This document shows, in pieces, positions 27,201 to 40,554 of a stretch of 64,000 nt of DNA. The stretch is taken from the NCBI RefSeq assembly GCF_009834535.1, contig NC_045707.1:56794001-56858000 (forward strand), written 5' to 3'. This DNA is from Camelus ferus. Its lineage: Eukaryota. The first letter of the stretch is position 1. Each line of letters begins with the position of its first letter. The notes below the pieces were generated by a model. It was not told the DNA's origin and searched no databases. It saw only the letters and a list, made by a program, of their open reading frames with translations. The translations under genes and the position numbers were made by a program.

Positions 27201-28644
27201 ATGATGACAAGTAATGTCTATGAAAATTGTATTATAATGTACAGCATATTCCTTATAGGAAAAATATTCTACTTTTTTCCACACAGGTCACTGCAAGAGC
27301 CTCTGGGGGAAGGAACTTGTTTTAACCAAGAAGAATTAATGTGTAAGACAGGAAAACGACTCAATTTCAGAAAGTTATTAATAGCCTTCCCTGCTCTGGG
27401 GAGGAGCAAAGTTACGATTGGATTGGAGCACTTCATCAAGTCACTTGAAGGCCAGAAATAGGCCCTTTGCTCTAAAGAGTACAAAAGGAAAAGCCTAAAC
27501 ACTTTTTCATTCCACAAAGTCAGCTTACAGAATCATTCCAATTTTATGAAAAATGAGATTAGTCAGTTGCAGCAGGAACATTCAAAGAGAGACTGGAGAC
27601 TTCCCGCCTTATCCACAACTTTAAACCCTTAGGTATAAAATTCATGTTGCCAGCTACAATAAGATGCTGACCTTCAAACCAAACATTTATACAGAGCAGT
27701 TCATGAGAACAAAACCCGCTATTGAAAAGATAACAGACATTTCTACAAATGCAGGAAGCTCCTACTTTTATTTTCATTCATACTTGGTGTGGGAGGGGAC
27801 AAAAACTGCTTTACTGGAAAAAAAAAAAACAAAAAAAATACCAAAAAACGGTAACATTTTACTTACATTCCAAGCCATTACAAAGTGAATTCACAGCTTA
27901 ACACAGAGAGTACCTATAAATAGATTTTTTTTTTTTTTTTACTTCCAAGCTTTGCCAAAGAGTCCAGCAGAGTTTTAAGTACCCGGATCTCTTATTGTTG
28001 GCATATATTTTCCTAAGCTCCTAATAAAAACAGAAACACTCTATTACCCCCAACACATGCGCCCACAAAACAAAAATAAATTTACCTTAGATATCATCCT
28101 AATGAGGGATTATGGCTAATTTTATACTCTCCTATCTTGTTTAATAGTTTTCATTTACTCTCATTATCTTTTTATATTTAATTATACTGTTTTCTTCTCT
28201 GTAATTGTGTGCTCTTTAGTTTATTAAGATTTCTTTCCATTGATCATAAAATTCCTCCTGCCTGGAATGCTCTGTTGCACATCTGCTATACTCTTCTCCA
28301 TTGGCAAGCTCTTTTTAGCTCTCAAGAACCATTTTAAAAGTAACCTCCTTTGGGGAAATCTTTGCAGGTATTTTCTTGACCTGCAGAAAGAAGAAAAAAA
28401 TGAGAGGAAAAAAACACCCTAACCTTACCATGACTACAGCCCTAGTTCTCTGACCTGAGTTCTCAGGTGATCTCCAGAATATCTTGTATCACATTATATT
28501 AGAATTGTCTGTGTATCTGCTTCTCCGCAAGGTTGTCAGAAACTAAAAGGTGGGGACAATGAGAAATTTTTTTTAAACCAAATCTCCTGTACCTAACCCA
28601 GTACCCAGGACATTACTCCAGTGTCAGGTTTAGCAAATGTTTCC

Positions 28645-29335
28645 TACATTGTGTAAGTGTACTACCTTTTCTTTATCCATTTATCTGTCGGTGAACACTA
28701 TGGTTGTTTCCATGTCTTGGCTACTGTAAGTACTACTGCTATGAACATGGAGGTGCAGATATCTGTTTGAGATAGTGTTTTCATTTCTGGCAGACATATG
28801 ACCAGAAGTGGAATTGCTGGGTCGTATGGTAGTTCTATTTTTAATTTTTGAGGACTCGTCATACTTTTTTTTTCCATAGTCACTCCACCGGTTTATATTC
28901 CCACCAGCAATGAGTGCACAAGGATTCCCTTTTCTTCACCTTCTCCCAGATACTGGTATCTCTTGTCTTTTGGACAATAGCCATACTGACAGATGTGAAT
29001 TTACATCTCACTGTGCTTTTTGTTCTGCATTTCCCTGATGATTAGCCATGTGTGGTACCTTTCCGTATAATTGTTGTCCATTTAAATATTTTATTTGGGA
29101 AAATGTCTATTCTAGTCCTTTGCCTATTTTTAAACTGGATTGTTTGGATTTTTTTTGCTATTGAGTTGTAAGAGCTCCTTATATATTTTAGATAGTAACC
29201 CATTATCAGATATGTGATTTGCAAATATTTTCCCCATTCCGTAGATTGGTTTTTCATTTTGTTGACTGTTTCTTTTTGCTGTGCAGAAGCTTTTTCAGTA
29301 TGATGTAGTCCCACTTGTTTATTTTTGCTTTGAGT
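28645..29335 (-). mobile_element. L1 ORF2 3' fragment (older, L1MA/MB-like)
   Basis: ORF 28698..28883 (LKIELPYDPAIPLL...AKTWKQP) is the ORF2p C-terminus; frameshifted. Confidence 0.9.
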
Positions 29336-29515
29336 GCTTATCTCACCATATATCTCAGGGGAAAGTAGAGCTTTTGTGCCCTATAGAAAGCAGAAAAATT
29401 TTGGCTTTCATGTGGTTAGGCTGTAGCTGCATTGCCCGGACCTGGCAAGTCTCATGTACCCAGCCAGAATTGGGATTGAGAGCTAGAGATCAAAGAAGCA
29501 TCTGCACTGAGGAGT

Positions 29516-29981
29516 TGTATTTGCTTCCTACTGTCACTGTAACAAATTACCACAAATTTAGTAGGTTAAATGACACAAATTTATTTTCCAGAGGTCAGAA
29601 ATCTGATACTGATTTCACTGAGCTAAAGTCAAGGTGTCAGCCAGGCTGTATTCTTTCTGCAGGATCCAGGGAAGAATCTGTTTCCCTGTCTTTTCTAGCT
29701 CCTAGAATTCACCTGTACTCCTTGGCTTATGGCGGCTTTCTCCATCTCCAAGCCAGCAATGTATCATGTGCAAATCACTTTCTCATGCTAGTGCTCTGCC
29801 CTCCTCTTTTAATGATTTTTATGATTAAATTTGGGGCCACTGATCCAGGATAGTCTTTCCATCTCAAGTTCCTTGAGTTAATTACATCTGTGAAGTCATT
29901 TTACCATGTAAAGCAAATATTGACAGATTTCAGAGATTGGAATGTGAACATCATTGAAGAGCCATTATTCTGCCTATCACA
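29516..29981 (-). mobile_element. MaLR LTR (MLT1C/D-like)
   Basis: 'ctgtaacaaattaccacaaatttagt...gaggtcagaaatctga...aaggtgtcagccagg...attctgcctatcaca'. Confidence 0.85.
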
Positions 29982-30456
29982 AGAATTCTTTTGGTGGCTC
30001 ACCAGAAGCAGCAGTGACCTAGATCCTAGTGGGGACATCTGGAGTCCAGTAGAAGCTGTACATCTAAGCGTTCAGTGTTCTGTGACAACAGTGTTTTCAC
30101 TTGATGGATCCTGGGTTGGAAGTTTAATGTTTGGCCTGGTCCCGGTTACTGTCAAACCTCTGGTCTGTCTTTGTATTTCCAAGTCAGGTGCCTTTTTTTT
30201 GGGGGGGGGGGGTGTTTCTACAAGCTATTAGATACCCTTTCCATACATTTATTTTCTGCCTAATTAGAATCCTGCCTGTATGGGAGAGAGAGTGCAGAGC
30301 ATATAGAGAATATGGATGAGATAGCTAATGTTTGAAAATAAAAGATCCAGGCAAAACAAAACAAAACAAAACCAACAGACAAAAAAATAAGTAAGAGAGT
30401 GTCCAGCTGATGACCAAGGCTAATCATTGATTTACTGAATAAATATACTAGAGATT

Positions 30457-30895
30457 TTTAAAATTGAAGTACAGTTGATTTATAATATTGTGTTAGTTTC
30501 AGGTGTATAACATAGTGATTCAATATTGTTACAGATTATAATCTGTTTAAAGTTATTAAAAAAATCAAGGCTCTATTTCTCTGCACTGTACAATATATCT
30601 TTGTTGTTTATTTATTTTATACATAGTAGTTTGTATCTCTTAATCCCATACCCCTATCTAGCACTTACCCCCTTTCCTCTCTCCACTGGTAACCACTCCT
30701 TTGTTCTCTATATCTGTGAGTCTGTCTCTGTTTGTTATATACATTTATTTGTTTTATTTTTTAGATTCCACAAATAAGTGATAACATAGAGTATTTGTCA
30801 TTCTCTGACTTATCTGACTAAGTGTAATACTCTCTAGCTCCATCCAAGTTGCTGCAAATGGCAAAATCTTATTGTTTATGGCTGAGTAATATTCC

Positions 30896-30938
<43 letters not shown>

Positions 30939-31257
30939 CATATAACACATCTTCTTCATCAATTGATGGACACTTAGATTGCTTCCATACCTTTTTTAAT
31001 ACTGAATTATATGAGCTGTTTAAGTAGTTTAGATTTTATTAACTCACTCATAACAGTTGCAAATATTTTCTCCCATTCATTAGGTTGTCTTTTTGTATTG
31101 TCAGTGGTTTCCTTTGTTGTGAAAAAGCTTTTAAGTTTGATTAGGTCCCATTTGTTTATTTTTGTTTCTACTTCTTTTGCCTTAAGAGACAGATTCAAAA
31201 AAATAATGCTACAATTTATGTCAGACTGTTCTGCCTATGTTCTCTTCTAGGAGTTTT
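30457..31257 (-). mobile_element. 5'-truncated L1 with internal deletion, (GT)n and degenerate TSD
   Basis: ORFs 31007..31198 (KINKWDLIKLKSF) and 30754..30948 (MEYYSAI...FAATWMELESI). TSD AAATATACTAGAGATT (30441-30456) versus AAATGCACTAGAGGTT (31258-31273). Confidence 0.9.
30898..30936. repeat. (GT)n microsatellite inside L1
   Basis: Perfect run of about 19 units. Confidence 0.95.
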
Positions 31258-31919
31258 AAATGCACTAGAGGTTAATTAGTTTTTAATCTTAAAGGCTTTT
31301 CATCTAAACAGTTTTTTTTTTTTAATGATGCATAGGTTTTAAGTTGCTATCTAGTTAAATCACACTATCAAAGCTCATTCACTATAATATAAATCTTATT
31401 GATGTAATCAACACATTATAAAACTTATATCTATCTATCTATAGATAGAGGTATATCCTTAGATCTATGGTAGGTAAACATTTACAAAGCTTATATGATC
31501 TAATTTATGTCCATTTCTTATTGTGATGTTAATCACAGAGCTTATTTTACCTTTCTTCTTGGCACATGTCTCTTCTGGAAGAGGTAGAAAGGTCAACTAA
31601 TTTAGTTTACCCAGGGGAGCCTGCTCAGCCTCTCTCGGACTGTGGTCCTCTTCCTTCATTTTGTTGGCTCTGGGCCACTCCTTGCTATTCTAGCACTGAA
31701 AACAACAGGAGTCTTAGTGTCCTTGAATCCCTTTGCTCTGAAGAGAACTATCTATGAAGCCTACAAATGTGACTCAGGAGGCAGCAGCTCCAAAAAACAG
31801 AACTCAGTAGATGTTGATTTGCATTCTAGAAATCAGGTGGAGAGAGTGAAAACAGAAACAGAGCTGTTGATTGCTAGTTAGTTCTTGCGAATGAGACGTA
31901 AACACACCTAAAACAGACT

Positions 31920-32020
31920 TAGTCAAGATCATCTGGCTCAAATATCTCACTTTGTAAATGAGGGAACTGAGGCCTAGAAAGCTTAAATAACTAGCTCAGG
32001 ATCAATACATATTTAACAGC
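31920..32020 (-). mobile_element. MIR fragment
   Basis: 'tttgtaaatgagggaactgaggcctagaaagcttaaataactagctcagg'. Confidence 0.75.
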
Positions 32021-34199
32021 TTCAGTACCTGATTGTATTGGTATTATTTCTTAAGTGTCTTTGAGAATAAAAGTCCTTTCTTAAGTATGTGAGACAGTCA
32101 GGAAGAAATTCTTTGCTAATACTAATACTAGTACTTTTCTAATACTAATCTTAGATATTAGTATTATATCCTAAAATTTCTCTTTCTCCTGAAAATTATA
32201 TTAAAGATAGCACTAAAACTTCATTTTATAAAATTAAACCATTGTATTAGTTTATGGATCAATGATATTCATGGTTTAAGCCTCATTTGTAACCATAGCA
32301 AACTATTTACTTATTTATTATCTTTCTTGAGTAGTTTTATTGCAGCCAATATTGATTTTTCAGAAATCAAGATTTTGCTTATAATTTACATTGAAGAATA
32401 TTCATAGTTTTTAAATAATTATATATTATGAAGTGAATTTTCAGATATTACTAAAACCTCAAAACATTTACTAGATAGAACAAAACAAATGTTAACATTT
32501 TCATTTTGTTGTTAGTAGCATCATAGATGGCCACAAGAGGGCAATCTATGAAAATAATTGAAATTCCAAGGACCATCTCAGCAGCTTTTAATGTGTGGAT
32601 GTTATAAGTTATCTTTGATTATGAATTTAGCATTATTGTCAGAATATGTAAAAGGGTACCATTTTGATTACATGATATATTTTTTTCCAAACTGGGAAAT
32701 GAAGGCAAATTAAGCTACACACTTTCCTTCAGGTTCTGATATTTACAGCTATGCAATAGGTACATCCCAAGTGTGACACTAGAATTAAAATTATAACCTT
32801 GTAGTAATGTTATCGGAAAAACAGATGTAATGAACTATCAATACTGTCTTAGGAGAGTGACAGTTTTTCAATGATCAAAATGACTCTAATTTTTAGATTG
32901 TCATGGATCTTGGTAACCCTTGTGTAATCACTGATAATGTCATTTCCTGCTTTCAAGAACTTCATATAAGACCTAAGGCAAAAAAAGGATCCCTTATATA
33001 TCTATTCTGATAGGTAAAAGTAGGTTGATAATTAATATTGTCTATATCCCTGTGACTCAAGGTAATGTAGCATAAAAATTATTACTTTTTATAGGATCAA
33101 AGAGGAAAAGATATTTAGAGGAAAAAAGAATGATTTCGTATACTACTTCAAAAATCTCTGCCCACGCTAACCTCTCACCCCAACAATCCCCTAAATGGCA
33201 CATGTCATCCAAAATGTATGTTTGCTTTTGTTCCCGGGGAAATAATGCAATAGAATTTCCCAGTTGAATTTCTGGAAGCAGGTGTCCTTTATGATAGCAT
33301 CACCTTAATTCCTGCCAAGAACATAGTGTTCAGCACACAATTCCAGTTTCATTAATTTTATTACTGTTTGCAGTACTCTGCCCATCCTACCAGACATACT
33401 GCAGGGTGACTCAAACAACTCAAGAGAGAATTTCTATTTATATCCAGCATTGTGTCTATTTGGTTATGTGCCTTAATTTCTAAAATTATACTATTTTTGA
33501 ATGTAATAAGGTTGTAATAATAACACTGGATTAAATATTTTATGGAATTATATTTTTGGTGATTCCTCACACCATGTAATGTACCCTTAAATTTGAGATT
33601 TTATAAGTTGAAATAGCCTACATTAGTAGAAAACATCCCTTTGATGTGCAATGGAAAAATCTTGAAAATAGCTTCTTTTTTCAATTTATTTAGAAAAATT
33701 CTTTCAAGTTGCTTTGAAGTCCTTTTTGACCTAGGATGAGTCCTCTCCAGTGGCTTCAATGTTCCTGTAATAGGTAGGATGTGTAAATTATATTGACAAA
33801 CTTGCTATAAATGGTATCAGCATGAGTTGATAATCAAACTTAAAGAAGGAGTAGCAAAAGCTAGCTTTATATATTCTTCTTTGGAAACTGGCCATTTCCA
33901 TCAATTAAGTAAGTTTCTGTTTTCTCAATGAAATCTGAGAATGACTGCTATTGAGAAGTGGTCTTCCCTCTTTCTGTACTTAGTATCATCTTTCTCTTTA
34001 TCATAAATTCCTAAGATACAGCACATAAAAGAATTATAAGGAGTAAAAGTAGAAGAGAAGAAAAGAACCAGGAAATAGAAATAATGCTTAGAAAAATGCT
34101 GAAGAATAATAGAAGGAACATATAAATGAAATCAATAAACCTTTTATTTTATTATCTATAATGCTAGTTGTTTTCAAATAAGATATTCAAGTACAATCT

Positions 34200-34330
34200 T
34201 CTCAAGAACTCTCTCAGCTTTGTGTGATAGCTAGTTTACAGACTTAGAAACCATGACTCTAAAAGATGAGAACCTTGCCCAGGGACACAAAATAGCCAAT
34301 ATACAGAGTAGCAGAGCCAGGATTCAACTC
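34200..34330 (-). mobile_element. MIR fragment
   Basis: 'tttacagacttagaaacc...ccttgcccagggacaca...gtagcagagccaggattcaac'. Confidence 0.7.
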
Positions 34331-34334
34331 GGGG

Positions 34335-34463
<129 letters not shown>

Positions 34464-37400
34464 CTCTTGTGAAATTTTCTACTGGAGATCACTAAATTAC
34501 CAGAACAGTAGAGATCGGCAAATTGCCTGGATATTCATAATGCCTAGTAGAAAGAAGAGACAGAGAGGGAACGAATGTAAAGGGAGGAAAAATAAAGTAA
34601 AAGCGAAAAAAAGGAAGTTTACTAGTAATGGAGATGAAGAAATTTGGGCCGTGCATCCGAGAGGCATATCTGGGAGCATAATAGGGAGAGAGAGGCCACC
34701 TCTCTACACATATGCCTCACTCAGCTGTGTTCTGTCCTGAACCCTGCTCTACACATGTGCCATCAGCTCCTGGGCTCTGTGTACAAGCTGCATCTCACCC
34801 ACTCGCCAAATGTGATAAGGCTTCCTCCCTGATGTTACAGCTATGCCAGTCACCTTTGGCCCGATTTCTAAAACTCTTTTGGGCTTTTTTTTTATTATTA
34901 CTATTTATGACATCAGTTATGGATTTTAGTACACAGCCTTCAGTTCTTTCATGTCACACTGTTTTCCTATTTTCTTGGGGTGCCATCCAAAGGGTGTTCA
35001 AATTTCAGTAATGAATCTGAGTCCTGTGTCTGAGGACAAGCATGATTTTTCTTGCTAAATTTCTTGTTTCAGGATGTAAATATAGGATTTGAATTTCTTA
35101 TCTGCAGCTCTTTCCAATTGGCTGCTTAGACCAATTTGGATATACTATAGACATCCTTGACCTTGACACCAACAATTACTGATGTTAGTAAGGTTAGGTC
35201 CCAACCATGACCCTAGTTAAAGTGTGTAACTACACAGTAGTGACATGTCCCATGTTATCATAAATTTTTATTTAAATTACTGTAGTTTTGAGCCAAGTTT
35301 CTCTATGGCACAGAACAACTCTTTGCAAGATGTGGTGAGCATAGGGTAAACTCTGGTACCACTTTGGAGAGTAAAAGTGATTAATTTATATAAGAAACAT
35401 CATAGGATCATTACCTCTTAAGTTTTAACAAACTAAGTTAACATCATTCTACGTGAAATTTGCCTGAGAATTCACATTTTAATTAAGTTATTCTGAAATG
35501 TTTTTAATACTGTAGTTCATTCCTAGATGGCCTAACCTTCACTTTTACAAGTTGGTATCATATTTAACATATGGAAAGATTTTTAAATTTATTTAATCTG
35601 TAACTTAGAAGTTATTTCTTCTGTCAAAATTCTGCAAAAGGCCAAAACTGATAAAAAATACATCATTGTTTTATTTCTCTTTGCTGCCTATCGTAAAATT
35701 TGGAGGGGCAAATCTTTAAGATATCTTATCGTCATCCTTACCATGGTTAGATGTAGATAAGATTGTGACCTGGGACAAGTGCTAAAGTAACATACAGATT
35801 ATAGGATTGGCTTGGCTCTGAATTTAAGAAATTAATAATTAAGAAGTGGGATTTTAAAGAAGTAACAGACATGTATCTACTCTACATTTTTTTTGGATTT
35901 GCAAGTTGGCACATGGTTGTCAACTACTCTAGAAGTGTATTTTGATGTTTAGTGCCCCTGGATGTGAAGATCCATTTTTCAACCCACTCGTCTCTTGAAA
36001 CTGTTCCTTCCTATTAACGATTTCACATGAAATCTTTTCCCTTGGCAAGAGGAAGATATATTAATCACAATAACCAATCAGTACAAAATAATATAGCAGG
36101 TGATTTACTAAAGAATTATTGACATAATGTTCTGATCAAGAAAGTAGTGGACATTGTTTTTTGTTGTGTGCGTGTGTGTGTTCCTTTTTATTCAGCTAGT
36201 TGAGTAGTGCTTAAAATGGAGCTGACTTGTTTACAGGAGATAAAAGAGTACTCAGTAAAAATTGCCTTTTTTAACCCCAATATCACAGTCTTACTTTCAT
36301 CACATCTTGGGTGGAGAATGATGTGGTTAACACTGCTCTATTCAAAATAGACTCCAAACTCAAAGGCATGATATCTTTAGCTAGCACATAATAATTTTCA
36401 TTTCCATAAAAAAAATTTCCCGGTGTCCTGATTTATCAAACTTGAATTCTACTTGTTTAAGTATTCTTGTACAAATTTTTTTTCCAAACTAACATGTATC
36501 ACAGTATTACAGGCAATTTATCCTGTCTACGGTTCTTCATAGCAACACAAAGGTTAGAAATCTTTATAATTAATCATTCAGTAAATATTGTTTTGAACAT
36601 CTAGGCATAGGAAATATAGTTGTGAATAAGGGTCTTTAACTCTCATGAGGCTTACAGTCTCAACTTATAGATGAAGATACAAAAATAGAGATTTGTCTGT
36701 CATGTTTTGTGATTCAACTGTCAATATATTAGTGCTAAATGTCAATAAGACATTATACATGCTGTTTAAGAAAATTTGACAGTGAATTGAGGGAGATGAA
36801 TATATGAATAAGTCTAATGTAAGAAATACAGTTATAAAGCCTTCCAGTAAAACTATAAACAGAATCATCTGGGAGTATTCGAGAGGGAGAAATTATACCA
36901 TTGTAGCTAGAGGTATTTAAGAATGAATAATCATTATATGAACATTTATGTTTTATATTAAATGAATGATTGCAACATGGTTATCACACAGGGGTTGATT
37001 ACAACTGTCATAAACTGATTTAGGATACAGGATTTTCCTCCTCTCTTTCCCATTTACACACACACACAGACACAAGGCCCTTGTAAGAATTCAAAGTTGT
37101 ATATTAATTTCTCTTTTGGGTCACCTACAAGCTGAATTTTAACTACCCTGTGTTTCTTCTTGTTTGTATACTTTTTGGTTTGGTTTGATTTTAACTACTT
37201 TGGCCTACTTTTAATCTGAGTGGAAAAACTTTATGCCACCTAGCCATGTTTTAAGGCTTTCCTCCTTCCCTAATTACCCCTGATGATTATCAGTTTAGGT
37301 AAAATTAGAAATATCAGTTTCTTAACTCCTCTAGTTTGTTTTGATTACCAAATATTGTTAAGTTTCTATTTTCGCAAAAACTCAGTGTATGATCTATATG

Positions 37401-39479
37401 TTGGGAACAACTATTGTTTTTTTCCCAAAGAATAGATATATATTTTAGGGCCTCCTATCTGTGCAAGTCTACAATTCTGCTATGCAAAGTAGCTTTTTAA
37501 AAAGTGGACATGATACTGACTTCCAAGGAACAGTGGTGTTACTTTGATTTGTGTATGTTGACTGTTTTTTATTCATTCAATAAATATTCATTGAGTTGCT
37601 GCTTTATGTGAGGCACTGTTCTAAGCCCTCGGGTTACAACAATGAGCAAAATAAATTTCCTTCCCATTATAGAATGTACATAATTCTAATCAGAAGAGGA
37701 AATGAGTTAGTTTCATTCCTTGTCCTTCATTTTGTATCATATTTATATAAGAATATGTCCAGTTACATATGTTGATCATCAGGACATTTGTTCTTTTGAA
37801 TGTCTGGTTTTAGGAACTCTACCCACACACCCACAGGATAGCATTGTGGATAGACTGCATATACAGTTTGAGAGCCGGTGGAAGTGGGACTCATACTGTA
37901 AATGTAAGTTACTCTGACATCTTTGACAGATCCTTTCCCTGTTCACATTTGTAAACTGGTGATACATCTTTCAGCCTCAGACAGAAAAAATAATGTCCCC
38001 ATTCTACATAGTAGGTGGATGAAGTTAATGCTGTGTCATTTTAGGTCATTAAAAGTGCCTAACTTCCTCATCATTTTAATGAGCATTTATAAATTCCAGT
38101 TTGTATTTCTCATGACACTTACTCCTTTTTATCTACTGTTTTAAATTAGTCCATGCATTTGGAGAGTCTCTGTTTTCACTGTTTTGAATACCTCCTGAAA
38201 GTCTCACACCTCTAAATAAGTTGGAATAATCCTCTTGAGGGACCCCACAAGATTGCTTTTCTATTCACACTTCCACTTAGTGCTGGCAGGAAGGCTAATC
38301 TCCTGTTTGATTAAAATAGACTGATATTGTATGCACTTGTAGTTCATTATCGTGCGTGCTCTTCATTGCAATTTCTGTCTTTCCCAAGGTAGTTGTGGAA
38401 GAGCATATTCACTATCTTGTTTTTCTTTTCTTCTCTTTTTTTTTTTTTTGAATTAAGTGCATTTATTTTATCCCTTTACCTTAGAGTTAATGTTTTCCTG
38501 AAATGGATAAACATCACTGTATACGTGTATTCTTACTCACATCAGTTTAATTTTCTTCTAGACTATAAGTTCTCTCCCTTTCTTTAAATTATAATTTATT
38601 TAACATTATTGCTAGATGACCCTGGTCAGCCTCAGTATGTTTTCCATGGTTTGGAGATTTTGTACTGAGATGTCATAATTGTGGGGGGAACCAAAGACTG
38701 ACAACCTGGACTCAGTCTATTCTATCTGGTCTATTTTTCCCAGACCTTCCCTGAGTCCCTTCAAATGCTAATTATTTTCATCTTTGACCTGCTTTCTTTT
38801 TAAGTTTTTGATGTTATTTTTAAGCCATGTTTACCAGGGCTCTAGGACTGTGTCAAGATGCCTCAAGGACAGTCTCACAGGGACTCTGAACAAGGAGGTG
38901 TCCAATTCTGTTACCTCTGCCTCAAACAAAGGATCTCACTTTATATATCTTGTATCGTGGGCTTCCACATATAATTTTATTTAACATATACTCTGTTTAG
39001 AAAAATGTTTAAATTACCATTTACTGGATTATATCAACTTTTTACTTGAAGACTCTACACAGTACCCCTTAACACTGACATCTAACCCTCTTGATTATTT
39101 TGGGTGTTGGTGTTGAGCCCTGTATCAGATTGCAAGCACATGTTGTTTATTGTTACATTCCCATTCTGACCTTGCATTAAAGTCAGAATAGGAATAATAA
39201 TCATATGGTAATTTGTCACTTCATTGGTTACCAGACTGGATTTGGGTGACCTGGTTGACCAGGAAAAAACCACCTCCTTTTTTAATTCACCTGGCTTATT
39301 GTCCAAGTTATCAGCTTGGACCAAAAGACTGCCCTCGCTAGGTAGGAGGCTCCTGCTTCAGACAGGAGGCTGAGTGGGCTGCCCCACTGGTGAAACAAGA
39401 ATCCTAGTGCGATGCTTACCGGTGCTTCCTTTTAGCTTCTTTTGCTGGCCCTTACTTATTTCGCTGCATTCGATAATAC

Positions 39480-39975
39480 TGGGGTGCTGGAAGATTCAGT
39501 TGTTGAATTCTCTCCTTCTCTCCTTGCCTGTACTCCCCTAAGTCTATACACTGAAGAATCCCAGATGTATAATTCTTGCCAGGACTCTCCATTGAAATTC
39601 CAAGCTCATATGTCCAACTACCTACCTGACATTTCTGTGTGAAGGCCTAATAGATATCTAAAATTTAACACGTTGAGAACCACGCTCTGGATTGTCCTTC
39701 CAAACCTGATCCAACCATAGTCTTCACTTCTCAATTTATGGCAACTCCATCCTTCCATTTGTGTAGGTAAAATTCTTGGAGTTTTGCATGTCTCCTATTT
39801 CCCTCACATCCAAATCTACCTTCAAAATATTTTTAGAGTCCAGCTAGGTCTCCCCAGCTTCACCACTGCCACCTTGGTCTGAGCCACCATCAGCGTTCAC
39901 CTGCAAAAACTCCTAGTTTGTTTCCTTTGTTCCACTCTAACAACCTCTCTCCAAGCTTTATTCTCAACCCACCAT
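39480..39975 (+). mobile_element. L2 fragment
   Basis: 'catatgtccaactacctacctgacatttc', 'atggcaactccatccttcca', 'ccactgccaccttggtctgagccaccatc'. Confidence 0.8.
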
Positions 39976-40104
39976 TTTTGAATGGTGATTTAACTCCAAA
40001 GAAGCAGTGTGATGATGTCCAAAAACAATCTTTGTGTTTTATTTTTTATAATTATATATATGTGTGTGTGTGCATAGAGTTGTTAATAATTAAAGATGCC
40101 TTTT

Positions 40105-40261
40105 TATTTTTTTAAATTATTTTTAAATTAATTAATTAAAATTTTGTTGGGGGAGTAATTAGGTTTATTTATTTATGTTTTAGTGGAGGTACTGGGGATT
40201 GAACCCAGGACGTTTTGCATGCTAGGCATGCACTGTACCACTGAGCTATACCTTCCCCCCC
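40105..40261 (-). mobile_element. Camelid tRNA-Ala-derived SINE (vic-1 type), long form
   Basis: Minus strand reads GGGGGGGAAGGTATAGCTCAGTGGTACAGTGCATGCCTAGCATGC...GTCCTGGGTTCAATCCCCAGTACCTCCA, then ...ATAAATAAATAAACCTAATTACTCCCCC and an A-rich tail. Pol III A/B boxes present. TSD AAGATGC(C/A)TTTT at 40093-40104 and 40262-40273. Confidence 0.9.
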
Positions 40262-40554
40262 AAGATGCATTTTAAAAAAATCATCATATCCATCTTCTGT
40301 ATTGTTGTATCTCCAGTGCTTAGTACAAAGGATAGAACCCTATAAGCACTCAATTAACAATTGTTGAGTTAATGAATGAGTGATCTCATTTAGAGAAGTT
40401 TGGCAGTCACTGTTATCTATAGGAGTGCCAAAGTCGTTTTAAATATAAAATGTTTTCCCACTTATTGAGAAATAATATATCACTGATTAAATTTGTTTTC
40501 TTAGCTCTGTCTTTCACATTTAGTAACCATTAACTGAAGCTAATTAATACCTGC

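Noticed and set aside
29281..29853. Longest ORF in the track (190 aa, +)
   Set aside because: Starts at a GTG in antisense L1 and runs through an MLT1 LTR; a chance read-through of repeats with no recognisable domain.
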